DNA from: a virus
DNA: 64,000 nucleotides
IMG/VR virus record: IMGVR_UViG_3300037483_000443
Location: 1-64,000 of that record
Direction: 5' to 3' (one strand)
Positions 41,856 through 49,991 of this stretch are shown here, in pieces; the stretch's first letter is position 1; every line of letters starts with the position of its first letter. The notes under the pieces are model-generated. The model made no database searches. It saw nothing but the letters and a program-made list of their open reading frames with translations, and had not been told where the DNA came from. The position numbers and the translations under genes are program-made.

Positions 41856-42074
41856 ATGATGAAAACTGAACTCTTAAATCTTGGATATGCCCCCGTCCCT
41901 CATAAGTTAAGCAATGAGACAATCTGTGTGGGAGTGGTACTCCCACTTTCAAGGCATCCGGACATCGTGTCTACATTGATTTCCTCTATTTCACCCAAAA
42001 AAATCGATAGTAATCACCAAACTTTGGAACTTGGTAAAGATCTGCTGCTCTTTTGGCCTAACATTGCTTACTAA
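41856..42074 (+). CDS. Hypothetical protein
   Basis: 72-aa ORF filling the gap in the operon. Confidence 0.45.
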   Translation: MMKTELLNLGYAPVPHKLSNETICVGVVLPLSRHPDIVSTLISSISPKKIDSNHQTLELGKDLLLFWPNIAY

Positions 42075-42079
42075 GCCCG

Positions 42080-44452
42080 ATGAATATAAATGATGCCCTC
42101 ACCCAAGCGTTGATCGATTACATCAACGATGTCAAGCCGTTTCACACTAAGTTTCGTGAAACAGCTTCACAGATCTTTTTTGAAGATCAGTTTAATGTAA
42201 ATGTGAGTGAAAACTATATCGTTGAGTCACACTTCAAGAATTCTTGGGGACGAGACGATCTCGGAGGTTTTGGTCTACAGAAGCTCTCAGAAGGAGATCT
42301 TGATGATGCCACATACACTCTTCCAGCAACGGTCTTCTCAAATTTTAGTCTCAATGACGGGATAAACGTAGGTCAGACTCCTGTAGGTAACGATCCAGCT
42401 ACACTCAACGCAGACGGTAGTGGGTTTCCGTTTATTGATTCTGGTGATGGAATTCCAGATTCGGAAACTCCCTGGGAAGTTACTGCTGGAAGCTTCATAG
42501 TCGGTAACTCATATACGATCGTTTCTATCGGATCTACTGATTTTTCTCTCATCGGCGCAACAGTAGTCACTGCTGGATCTCTCAGCTATGGCAGATCATA
42601 CATGATTCTTGCTGCGAATACAACGGATTTTACGCTTGTTGGATCGGATTCTAATACAGCTGGTACAATCTTCCAGGCAACCGGGCATGGAGTAGGTACT
42701 GGAACCGTCTATGAATTAAGATTCACGGCAACCGGCCCTGGAACGGGAACTGGTAAAGCTGCGCTGAATACTTTTTCCCATCAAATGGGAAGCAACCAGA
42801 TTCCAGTTGAAGCAAAAATTTTATCAGTGGTCTACGGTAACACATCCTTTTCAATTACATTTGACGCAAGTTACGAAGCCACCTATGGTTTCGACCCAAA
42901 TCTGATCAGAGTTACCGTCAATGATCAAGAATATGACGTTGCAGATACAGCGTTCTTTGTTAAAACGAGCACTCCCGTACCAGGGTACACAAATGCAGCT
43001 ACGATCACTATGACGATTCCCGGTGGATTGATCGCCCCAGCAAATCGTGTAACGGTGACATACTTGAGTACAGGGCGGTTCTTAGTGCCGTTTCACCAAG
43101 GATCCCGCGTTCGAGTTGACGGAAGCTTACAACAATTGGGTGTTCATTACGTAATTGATAAAACCAGAACATTCATTCAATTTCTACCAAACCGTCATCC
43201 TCGACTCTCACATCATGTAGACATAAATCTTATGAAGTCTGATAAGTTGTTCATCTGTAAGCATGATCCGTTTGCCTACAGGGGATTTCAAGATACGTTC
43301 ATAGTAACATCCGTTTCAACTCCAGGTTTTGTTAGTGCAGGTTCACTTGTTATAGGTTTGGGATATACGATCATGACGGTTGGAACTACTGACTTTACCC
43401 AAATTGGAGCGGCATCGAATACCGTTGGATTGACTTTTACTGCTACCGGAATAGGTGCAGGGACTGGTGCTGCTGCTCCTGCTTCTATGACAAATTTGAG
43501 AATGTCTACCAAAGAGATTCTTGCTGGTTTTTCTTACATCATCATCTCGGCTGACACTGCTGACTTGACGATGATCGGAGCTAACGATAATCTACCAGGA
43601 ACATCTTTTACTGCATCTGCAAATGGAAACATTCTTGTTGGATCTGGCTCGGTAGTCCCTAGTGTCACCTGTAGTGTTCAGTTCAATAACGCAGACCCTC
43701 TCACTCACAAGGCTCAACTAACGAACGTCATCACGACAGCATCTGCTGGAACTGTATGGACCTTAACAGCCATCGGTCCGTGGACTTTTCAAGTACAGAA
43801 AACTTCTCCCCTAAGCTCAACCACGACCAAAGCTTACTTCAAAGTACCGTATGGTGATGGAGAGCTGTCTTTTACGTTAGATCGAACCTGGGTAAACTAT
43901 TACGTTAGTGATAATGTAGCTTATGTCTCCTACGACATTCAACAAGATGTGAATAGCTACTACACATATGATGAGTCACTGCTCGGCACTGGGGATGGAT
44001 ACGGAGCAGAAGAATTCTTCCCAAATCTTGACTCTGTTACCGAACATGGAGTTGTGTCTGATCCAGTTCCACCGATACACTCACCGGTTCGATTCAATCA
44101 GTTTGGGATCGTTAGTAAAACTTCTGACGGAAGTTACAAGTTCATATTTGACACGATTCCTCCTCGTTATACATACGTAGAATTCAAAGTAGAAAAGGCT
44201 GATCAATACAACCCATCGGTTAGAACTGCTATCACTGAAGATGTGAAGCTCTACGTGACCTATGATTCTATCACTGAAGGTGGAATCGTGGCCGGAAATA
44301 CTTACGTTATCAACTCTGTCGGGTTCTCTGATTTTACGGCAATCGGCGCCCCATCAAACACGGTAGGAGTGATGTTTTTGGCTTTATTAGATGGAAACCC
44401 ATTTGGGTCAGGAACTGTTTCGAGAATAGAAACAGTTCCTCTTACTCCTTAA
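42080..44452 (+). CDS. Virion structural protein with five Thr/Gly modules
   Basis: LIDYINDVKPFHTKFR N-terminus as seen in jumbo-phage baseplate proteins; repeats visible. Confidence 0.7.
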   Translation: MNINDALTQALIDYINDVKPFHTKFRETASQIFFEDQFNVNVSENYIVESHFKNSWGRDDLGGFGLQKLSEGDLDDATYTLPATVFSNFSLNDGINVGQTPVGNDPATLNADGSGFPFIDSGDGIPDSETPWEVTAGSFIVGNSYTIVSIGSTDFSLIGATVVTAGSLSYGRSYMILAANTTDFTLVGSDSNTAGTIFQATGHGVGTGTVYELRFTATGPGTGTGKAALNTFSHQMGSNQIPVEAKILSVVYGNTSFSITFDASYEATYGFDPNLIRVTVNDQEYDVADTAFFVKTSTPVPGYTNAATITMTIPGGLIAPANRVTVTYLSTGRFLVPFHQGSRVRVDGSLQQLGVHYVIDKTRTFIQFLPNRHPRLSHHVDINLMKSDKLFICKHDPFAYRGFQDTFIVTSVSTPGFVSAGSLVIGLGYTIMTVGTTDFTQIGAASNTVGLTFTATGIGAGTGAAAPASMTNLRMSTKEILAGFSYIIISADTADLTMIGANDNLPGTSFTASANGNILVGSGSVVPSVTCSVQFNNADPLTHKAQLTNVITTASAGTVWTLTAIGPWTFQVQKTSPLSSTTTKAYFKVPYGDGELSFTLDRTWVNYYVSDNVAYVSYDIQQDVNSYYTYDESLLGTGDGYGAEEFFPNLDSVTEHGVVSDPVPPIHSPVRFNQFGIVSKTSDGSYKFIFDTIPPRYTYVEFKVEKADQYNPSVRTAITEDVKLYVTYDSITEGGIVAGNTYVINSVGFSDFTAIGAPSNTVGVMFLALLDGNPFGSGTVSRIETVPLTP

Positions 44453-44495
44453 AATTGAGAACCATCTACATAAATAGAAATATGAAAGGTACAAG

Positions 44496-45071
44496 ATGAG
44501 AGAAAAATTTGAAATTGAAGTTGAGGGACGAGTACAGATCTTTGATCATGAAACAAGAGAACTTTTGCGTGATACTAAGAACGCTGTTCATCCACAGAAT
44601 ATGGCGATGATGATCGCGAAAGCTATCTCTCGCGATACTGCAACATCCCCAGGCATTCTTCAGTTGTGCTTTGGAAATGGTGGAACTTTCTTTAACTCAA
44701 GCAATCAAATAGTGTTTCGCCCGCCAAATACCGTTGGTGTGTCTGCTCTATACAATCAAACTTACTCTGTTCAAGTTGATGATCAGGTTACCGGCACCCC
44801 GTCAACTAATTCTGTCATTTATTCAGCTTCTCCTAGTCCAGCTATCACTTCAATCGTGACCGTAACGGCTCAATTGAATGCTAATGAGCCGGCTGGACAG
44901 GCAGTAACTGACAACGTCACTACAAATCCTAACTCTCTGTTTACATTTGATGAGATTGGATTAAAAGCTGCAGATGGTTCTTTGTTGACGCACTTAGTGT
45001 TTTCACCATTTGAAAAAACTGCTAACCGCGCTTTTCTCATCATCTATACCTTGACGATCAGCGTTTCTTAA
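44496..45071 (+). CDS. Baseplate/fibre attachment structural protein
   Basis: EGRVQIFD...KNAVH...FGNGG...FDEIGL...LLTHLVFSPFEKTANRAFLIIYTLTI. Confidence 0.7.
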   Translation: MREKFEIEVEGRVQIFDHETRELLRDTKNAVHPQNMAMMIAKAISRDTATSPGILQLCFGNGGTFFNSSNQIVFRPPNTVGVSALYNQTYSVQVDDQVTGTPSTNSVIYSASPSPAITSIVTVTAQLNANEPAGQAVTDNVTTNPNSLFTFDEIGLKAADGSLLTHLVFSPFEKTANRAFLIIYTLTISVS

Positions 45072-45088
45072 ATTTTGGGATGAAATAA

Positions 45089-45307
45089 ATGGATGAATTT
45101 TCAACAACCGACATCGTACTAGCAGCCTATCTAAAAGTGCAAGGCTACAAGCTGATAGAAATTCTTAAGAATGGAAACAAGGGAACTTTTGTGTTTGCTG
45201 GTGTTCACGAGGAGATCGTCAATGAATATGATCTTGGACAAGCCAGAGTTGAACCTAAAGCTCTCAACTACGAGATAAAATCTTTGACGACTGCAGCTCG
45301 TAGATAA
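45089..45307 (+). CDS. DUF5659-like small protein
   Basis: FSTTDIVLAAYL...G...FVF...VEP pattern. Confidence 0.55.
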   Translation: MDEFSTTDIVLAAYLKVQGYKLIEILKNGNKGTFVFAGVHEEIVNEYDLGQARVEPKALNYEIKSLTTAARR

Positions 45308-45316
45308 GGAAACCTG

Positions 45317-46624
45317 ATGACCTACATTTTGACATGGAGTGATTCTTCACTGAAGCCAACCCCGATCACGTTAGCAAACAACGTGATCAGTTCAAACGCG
45401 CTTTCTATCACGTTAACAGGAAAGGGAGCTGTTAACTGGGGATTTCCTCTTCAAGAAGATTTGATGCACATGTTAGAAAACTTTGCATCAAACGGCACTG
45501 CACCACAGTATGCAACTCTCGGTCAGCTGTGGTATAATGCTGCAACAAAGCATCTAAACATCAACACAGCTGTTGGTTGGGCCGAGCTTGCATATCGTCG
45601 CGTTGATTCTTCTTCTCCCCCATCTCCCCCGTCTTATTCTGGAGATACGTGGTTTGACACTACAAATCACTTCTTTAACGTATATGATTCAGCTGGAGCT
45701 GGTTCTTGGAATCGCTTGGCCTTTACTACTCAAGTTCAAGGAAACTATTCAGTAGAACAACCTGGAAGCATAGCGAATGCTTACATCGTTGTGCTAAACC
45801 CAACGATCGCTTCATATGCCAATAACTTTACCGGATCGTTCAAGGTAAGTCACGCAAATACCGGTGCATGTACTATCAATGTTGGAGGTGGAGCTGTTCC
45901 ACTAAGAAACCCCAATGGAGGAGCGTTAGTTAACGGTGATCTTCTAGCTGGACAGATAGTTTCTTATGTTTATGTGCTCAATGACAATGCAGCCTACGTC
46001 GTTTCGGTTACTCAAAGTCAAACTGATACCCGATATGCAAAGTTGGCTGGTCTCAGCACTCAAACTTTCAACGTTGCTACAGCAACGGTTGGAACCCACG
46101 CGATCAATCTTACTCAGGCAAATTCTCTTTATGCTCCGATCATCGCTAACAGCAATTTAGTTCCTGTTGGAACTGTGATCGATTTTGCCGGGCCTAATGC
46201 ACCAGATACAACTTATCTTGTGTGCCCTGCTTCTGCTGGGTCTGTTTCACCCCCTCAGTTGTTACAAATCTCTCAATATCCAGATTTATTTGCGGCGTTA
46301 GGGTACACTTATGGTGGTGTCGCTGGACAAACTTTTGGAATTCCTTGGTTTCCGACTGGTTTTCCATCTATCGCTGCAAACGCTGGTGGAGGCGCACCTG
46401 TAGGATCATCTTCTCACGGAATGCTGATGGAACACCACCACACTTACGGTTGGAGAGCATCTTTAGCAGCCCAATCTGGATCATCAACTCCATGTTGGGT
46501 CGGTGATTCTACACAAAATACTTCAGGATACATTGATGCACACGGCCGAGTGGGTACTAGTCAAGTTGACAATATGCCGGCAGGCATGTATATGTTGAAG
46601 TGTATTAAAGCAAAGAAAGTGTAA
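45317..46624 (+). CDS. Short tail fibre / tail-collar-domain protein
   Basis: HMLENFAS...GQLWYN N-terminal module; VPVGTVIDFAG...YPDLFAALGYTYGG collar domain; HHH motif; CIKA end. Confidence 0.75.
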   Translation: MTYILTWSDSSLKPTPITLANNVISSNALSITLTGKGAVNWGFPLQEDLMHMLENFASNGTAPQYATLGQLWYNAATKHLNINTAVGWAELAYRRVDSSSPPSPPSYSGDTWFDTTNHFFNVYDSAGAGSWNRLAFTTQVQGNYSVEQPGSIANAYIVVLNPTIASYANNFTGSFKVSHANTGACTINVGGGAVPLRNPNGGALVNGDLLAGQIVSYVYVLNDNAAYVVSVTQSQTDTRYAKLAGLSTQTFNVATATVGTHAINLTQANSLYAPIIANSNLVPVGTVIDFAGPNAPDTTYLVCPASAGSVSPPQLLQISQYPDLFAALGYTYGGVAGQTFGIPWFPTGFPSIAANAGGGAPVGSSSHGMLMEHHHTYGWRASLAAQSGSSTPCWVGDSTQNTSGYIDAHGRVGTSQVDNMPAGMYMLKCIKAKKV

Positions 46625-46633
46625 AGGAAGATA

Positions 46634-48802
46634 ATGGCTGACTATATCTTACGGTGGTCAAGTACTCAAATAGTTACAGGCTTGTTTGATCCAGGTACCC
46701 AATACATCATTACGACTTCTGGCAATACCGATTTCACTTCTTTTGGGTCTGTGAACAACAATGTTGGCACTACCTTCATAGCAAACAACAATACGATCAC
46801 TCCAACGTCATTGATCATTGGAAAAGCTTATAAGATCTTGACGTTGGGTTCTACCGTTTTTTCTACTGTGGGTGCACTGCTTACTAATGCTGGTAACTTC
46901 ATTAGTGGAAATACGTACATCATCTCTACCGTCGGTACTACAAATTTTACATTGATCGGGGCCTCCAGCAATACTGTTGGAACTATCTTTACTGCATCCT
47001 TCGTTGGAACTGACCCTACTGCTGGGACTACAGGATCTGCGTTTGGCCAACAATTTGTTGCTTCTGCGGTTGGAACTGGAACTGGTACCGTAACTGGAAA
47101 TTGTGGTTCTGGAACTGCAACCACAGCATTTAAACCTTCACTTACAGTTTCTGAAACTGCGATAGATTCAACTTCGACATCTTTATCTCTTTCAGGGCGT
47201 GGATCTGTAGATTGGGGTAGATTGATCCAGGAAAACATGCTGCGGGTAACGGAAAATTTTGCTGATAAGATAGAACCGCTAGCACCAACAATCGGACAGA
47301 CTTGGTACAACTCTCTCGGCGGCAACTTGAATCTATATTCACAGAATTCTGTTGCTGCTGGATCTTTCGTGATAGGTCAAACATACACGATTTCTAGTGT
47401 CGGAACTACTGATTTTACTCTAATCGGTGCTGTAGGTAATAGCATTGGGATGACTTTTGTTGCAACTGGTGTAGGATCTGGAACAGGTACTGCGATGTCT
47501 TCTTCACCGACTTGGAAGGAAGTTCCAACGGTGAATCATGCGAGCCTGGTCGCTGCTTTGATGTTTCCAAAGCCGGAGTGGCCGGTGTTCCCTTGCTACG
47601 AGGTAGGAGCAGAAACGACAAGGATAGTTAATGGAAGTACGATTGAAACATTCGTATTCAATGGCGTGAATTTGTCCTATGGTGAGATGACCGATACGAG
47701 ATGTACTAGCGTTGGTGCTCTAGCTGCTACAGATGATGCTGATGCAAGATTTGGATATGTTTTCAAAGTGGGAAGTATCTATTATCAGACATACCAACGT
47801 GCCGCGGATGGCCAAATAGGGTTGAAGAAGAGCATAAACAAGCTCAACTGGACAGTAATAAATGGTGGTAATCCCGTACTATCTGGTGGTGCGATTGGAT
47901 CAATTTATTACCATACGTGGAATACAGGCGTCTATGTCTCTGGTGATACGTGGCATTTGTGGGTTGAATGTGGAGCTGCTGGAGACCAATCTGACGTTGG
48001 GATTGCTTATTCGTATGGAACGTTTTCCGGGGATGTAATCAATTTTGATACCCACAGAACGGCATCGCATGTTATAAGAGGAGGTGGTCAGCCTAATCCT
48101 GTACTTATTGATAACTACTTAGTTATGCTGCATGGCTCTATCAACGTCCAAGACCGTACGTTATGGGAGATTCGCGCAGCAACTGTACTTGTTACTTCAA
48201 ATTGGGCATTACCAGAAAGCTATACAGAGTCGCCATATTTCCAGGTCAAATATCAAGGTATGCATACAGCTGATCCGGACTTTGTGGATTTCGGCACCAC
48301 GAAATCACACAGATTGGGAATCGGTTTCATGTACAACCAAAATAGGTCAGACCTCCTTTACCTTGATATGACGCCTGCTCAGTTCTTGGATGCCTTGTTA
48401 AATGGTTACCGAGGAGGGTTTGGTAGATACCCAAAGTTCAGCGAAACACTTTCGCTCGCATGTGGAAGCGGCAGTGTAACGATGAATACTGGATTTAGTT
48501 ACTTCTATTGGCAGATCGTAGGCAACGTTCTGGAGTTCCAATTCTCGTTCGTTGTAGGAACTACAAGCATTCCTGGAGGCAGACTTAGTGTAACCCTACC
48601 TTTTTCAATTTTCCCGACAAAGCCAATGAGCGGAGTTTGCCATGCCTACAACATAGTCGGAGTTCTTGGAGTTTACGAATACGAAATATCAGGGTCAACG
48701 ATGTACATAGACCGATTTGAGGCAGGTGTACAGAATCTAGACGCAGCTGCTCAACTCGTTCCTGATTCTACGTTGAAGGGTTTCGGAATAATAATCTTCT
48801 GA
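46634..48802 (+). CDS. Tail fibre/receptor-binding protein with nested Thr/Gly modules and putative beta-propeller glycoside-hydrolase-like domain
   Basis: N-terminal module paralogous to 45317 (ENFA...GQTWYN); GGNPVL, WHLW, IAYS, ADPD propeller-like motifs. Confidence 0.65.
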   Translation: MADYILRWSSTQIVTGLFDPGTQYIITTSGNTDFTSFGSVNNNVGTTFIANNNTITPTSLIIGKAYKILTLGSTVFSTVGALLTNAGNFISGNTYIISTVGTTNFTLIGASSNTVGTIFTASFVGTDPTAGTTGSAFGQQFVASAVGTGTGTVTGNCGSGTATTAFKPSLTVSETAIDSTSTSLSLSGRGSVDWGRLIQENMLRVTENFADKIEPLAPTIGQTWYNSLGGNLNLYSQNSVAAGSFVIGQTYTISSVGTTDFTLIGAVGNSIGMTFVATGVGSGTGTAMSSSPTWKEVPTVNHASLVAALMFPKPEWPVFPCYEVGAETTRIVNGSTIETFVFNGVNLSYGEMTDTRCTSVGALAATDDADARFGYVFKVGSIYYQTYQRAADGQIGLKKSINKLNWTVINGGNPVLSGGAIGSIYYHTWNTGVYVSGDTWHLWVECGAAGDQSDVGIAYSYGTFSGDVINFDTHRTASHVIRGGGQPNPVLIDNYLVMLHGSINVQDRTLWEIRAATVLVTSNWALPESYTESPYFQVKYQGMHTADPDFVDFGTTKSHRLGIGFMYNQNRSDLLYLDMTPAQFLDALLNGYRGGFGRYPKFSETLSLACGSGSVTMNTGFSYFYWQIVGNVLEFQFSFVVGTTSIPGGRLSVTLPFSIFPTKPMSGVCHAYNIVGVLGVYEYEISGSTMYIDRFEAGVQNLDAAAQLVPDSTLKGFGIIIF

Positions 48803-48887
48803 CGAGGTCATGGACAGGTAGTGTATCTGGCATATTATGTTCAGTTGGCCGGCATTGGCGGTATTTAATCTTTTGTAAAGGGTAACT

Positions 48888-49241
48888 ATGTTTGATCAAA
48901 TTTCACTTATCTTTGCAGACATGACAGCTACAATGGCGGGAAAGGTATTCTCTCTACTGTTGATCGCTGTCGTGCTAATTCTTTTTCTGTTGGCTCATAG
49001 AGATCCAAGTAGTAAGATTGACTTGAGCGATCTGTTCGTAGATCAATCTGGAAAAATTGGCGGAAGTCAGATGAGATTGAATCTTGCATTCGCTCTCAGC
49101 TCTTGGGTCATCATCTTCTCGACTCTGAACGGCAACCTTTCCGAGTGGTTGTTCTCTGCTTACATTGCAGCTTTCGTGTATGATCGCATCGCATCACGGA
49201 AATCTAGCGGAACGAAGCCCTCAGTAGATGAATCTCAGTAA
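48888..49241 (+). CDS. Holin-like membrane protein
   Basis: Two to three hydrophobic segments, charged C-tail, last gene of the structural operon. Confidence 0.5.
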   Translation: MFDQISLIFADMTATMAGKVFSLLLIAVVLILFLLAHRDPSSKIDLSDLFVDQSGKIGGSQMRLNLAFALSSWVIIFSTLNGNLSEWLFSAYIAAFVYDRIASRKSSGTKPSVDESQ

Positions 49242-49271
49242 GATCTTACTAGTTAAAAGAACTACTACTTA

Positions 49272-49302
49272 AAGAAAAAGGGAGATGAATTTCATCTCCC
49301 TT
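49272..49302. terminator. Intrinsic terminator between convergent operons
   Basis: AAGGGAGATGAA-T-TTCATCTCCCTT inverted repeat (49278-49302); U-tract on the minus strand. Confidence 0.75.
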
Positions 49303-49330
49303 GCTATTTGCGCTCAAGTTATTGGGAACA

Positions 49331-49954
49331 TCAAACGATGTCTGAAAACCACGTCCTAAAGTCGCCCTTGAACTTTTCAGGATCATACAACCAGAATCCT
49401 TCACCACAGATGTGGAATCTTACGCATTGAAGTTCTCCAACGAGAATCGGAGTAGTGAGAGAGATGAAACGTTCACATGAAGGATATACGATTAACGTCC
49501 CCTTCTGTGGTTGGAAACCAAAGTTGTAGACTGGAAATTCTAACTTCCCACCGAGAACTTGAGTTTGTATGTTGAACGGTGGAGATTCTTGATAATCTTT
49601 CAGCCAAAGAATACCAGTAAGATCACGATCTTTAACACGCAGCCACTTCTTCCTCTTGAATACTGCATTTTCACAGTGAGGTTCTTCTGCATTTTGGTTA
49701 GAGACTGGAAATTGTTGGAACACTAGGTGCTCAGTACCTCGATACTTTACCCCAAAGTGTTCTTCAATTTCTGGGATTAGATGTTGAAACTTGTCAAAGA
49801 TTTCAAGTTCGGCTTCTTCATGAAACCGATTGACAGGTTGAAGAACCCCCTCGTCATTCTTTAAGAGCTCAACTCTGACTGTCTGTGCAAGTTGATCACA
49901 ATCTGTTGAGCTAAGAAAATTCTGGTAAACTAAAAATGGGGATTTGATTGTCAT
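49331..49954 (-). CDS. 2OG-Fe(II) oxygenase-like (prolyl-4-hydroxylase-type fold), degenerate motifs
   Basis: NFLSSTDCD, PHCE, RDLTGILWLKD, GGKLEFP, PQKGTLIVYPS. Confidence 0.7.
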   Translation of the reverse strand: MTIKSPFLVYQNFLSSTDCDQLAQTVRVELLKNDEGVLQPVNRFHEEAELEIFDKFQHLIPEIEEHFGVKYRGTEHLVFQQFPVSNQNAEEPHCENAVFKRKKWLRVKDRDLTGILWLKDYQESPPFNIQTQVLGGKLEFPVYNFGFQPQKGTLIVYPSCERFISLTTPILVGELQCVRFHICGEGFWLYDPEKFKGDFRTWFSDIV

Positions 49955-49991
49955 ATAGTGTTTAGTGTTAAGTTAATGCAACTGCATCTAT

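Noticed and set aside
33322-47325. Antisense ORFs such as 33322, 34777, 38760, 43288 and 46828
   Set aside because: Pro/Val-rich mirror images of Gly/Thr-rich sense codons; no independent signals
38659-48802. Diversity-generating retroelement or shufflon acting on fibres
   Set aside because: No reverse transcriptase or recombinase in the window. I saw no near-identical template/variable pair with adenine-specific mismatches; the repeats differ at all base types.
49973-49987. Mini-uORF (MQLH*) after the late promoter at 49989
   Set aside because: Its ATG is only 1 nt from TAAATA, so it would lie upstream of the expected start site
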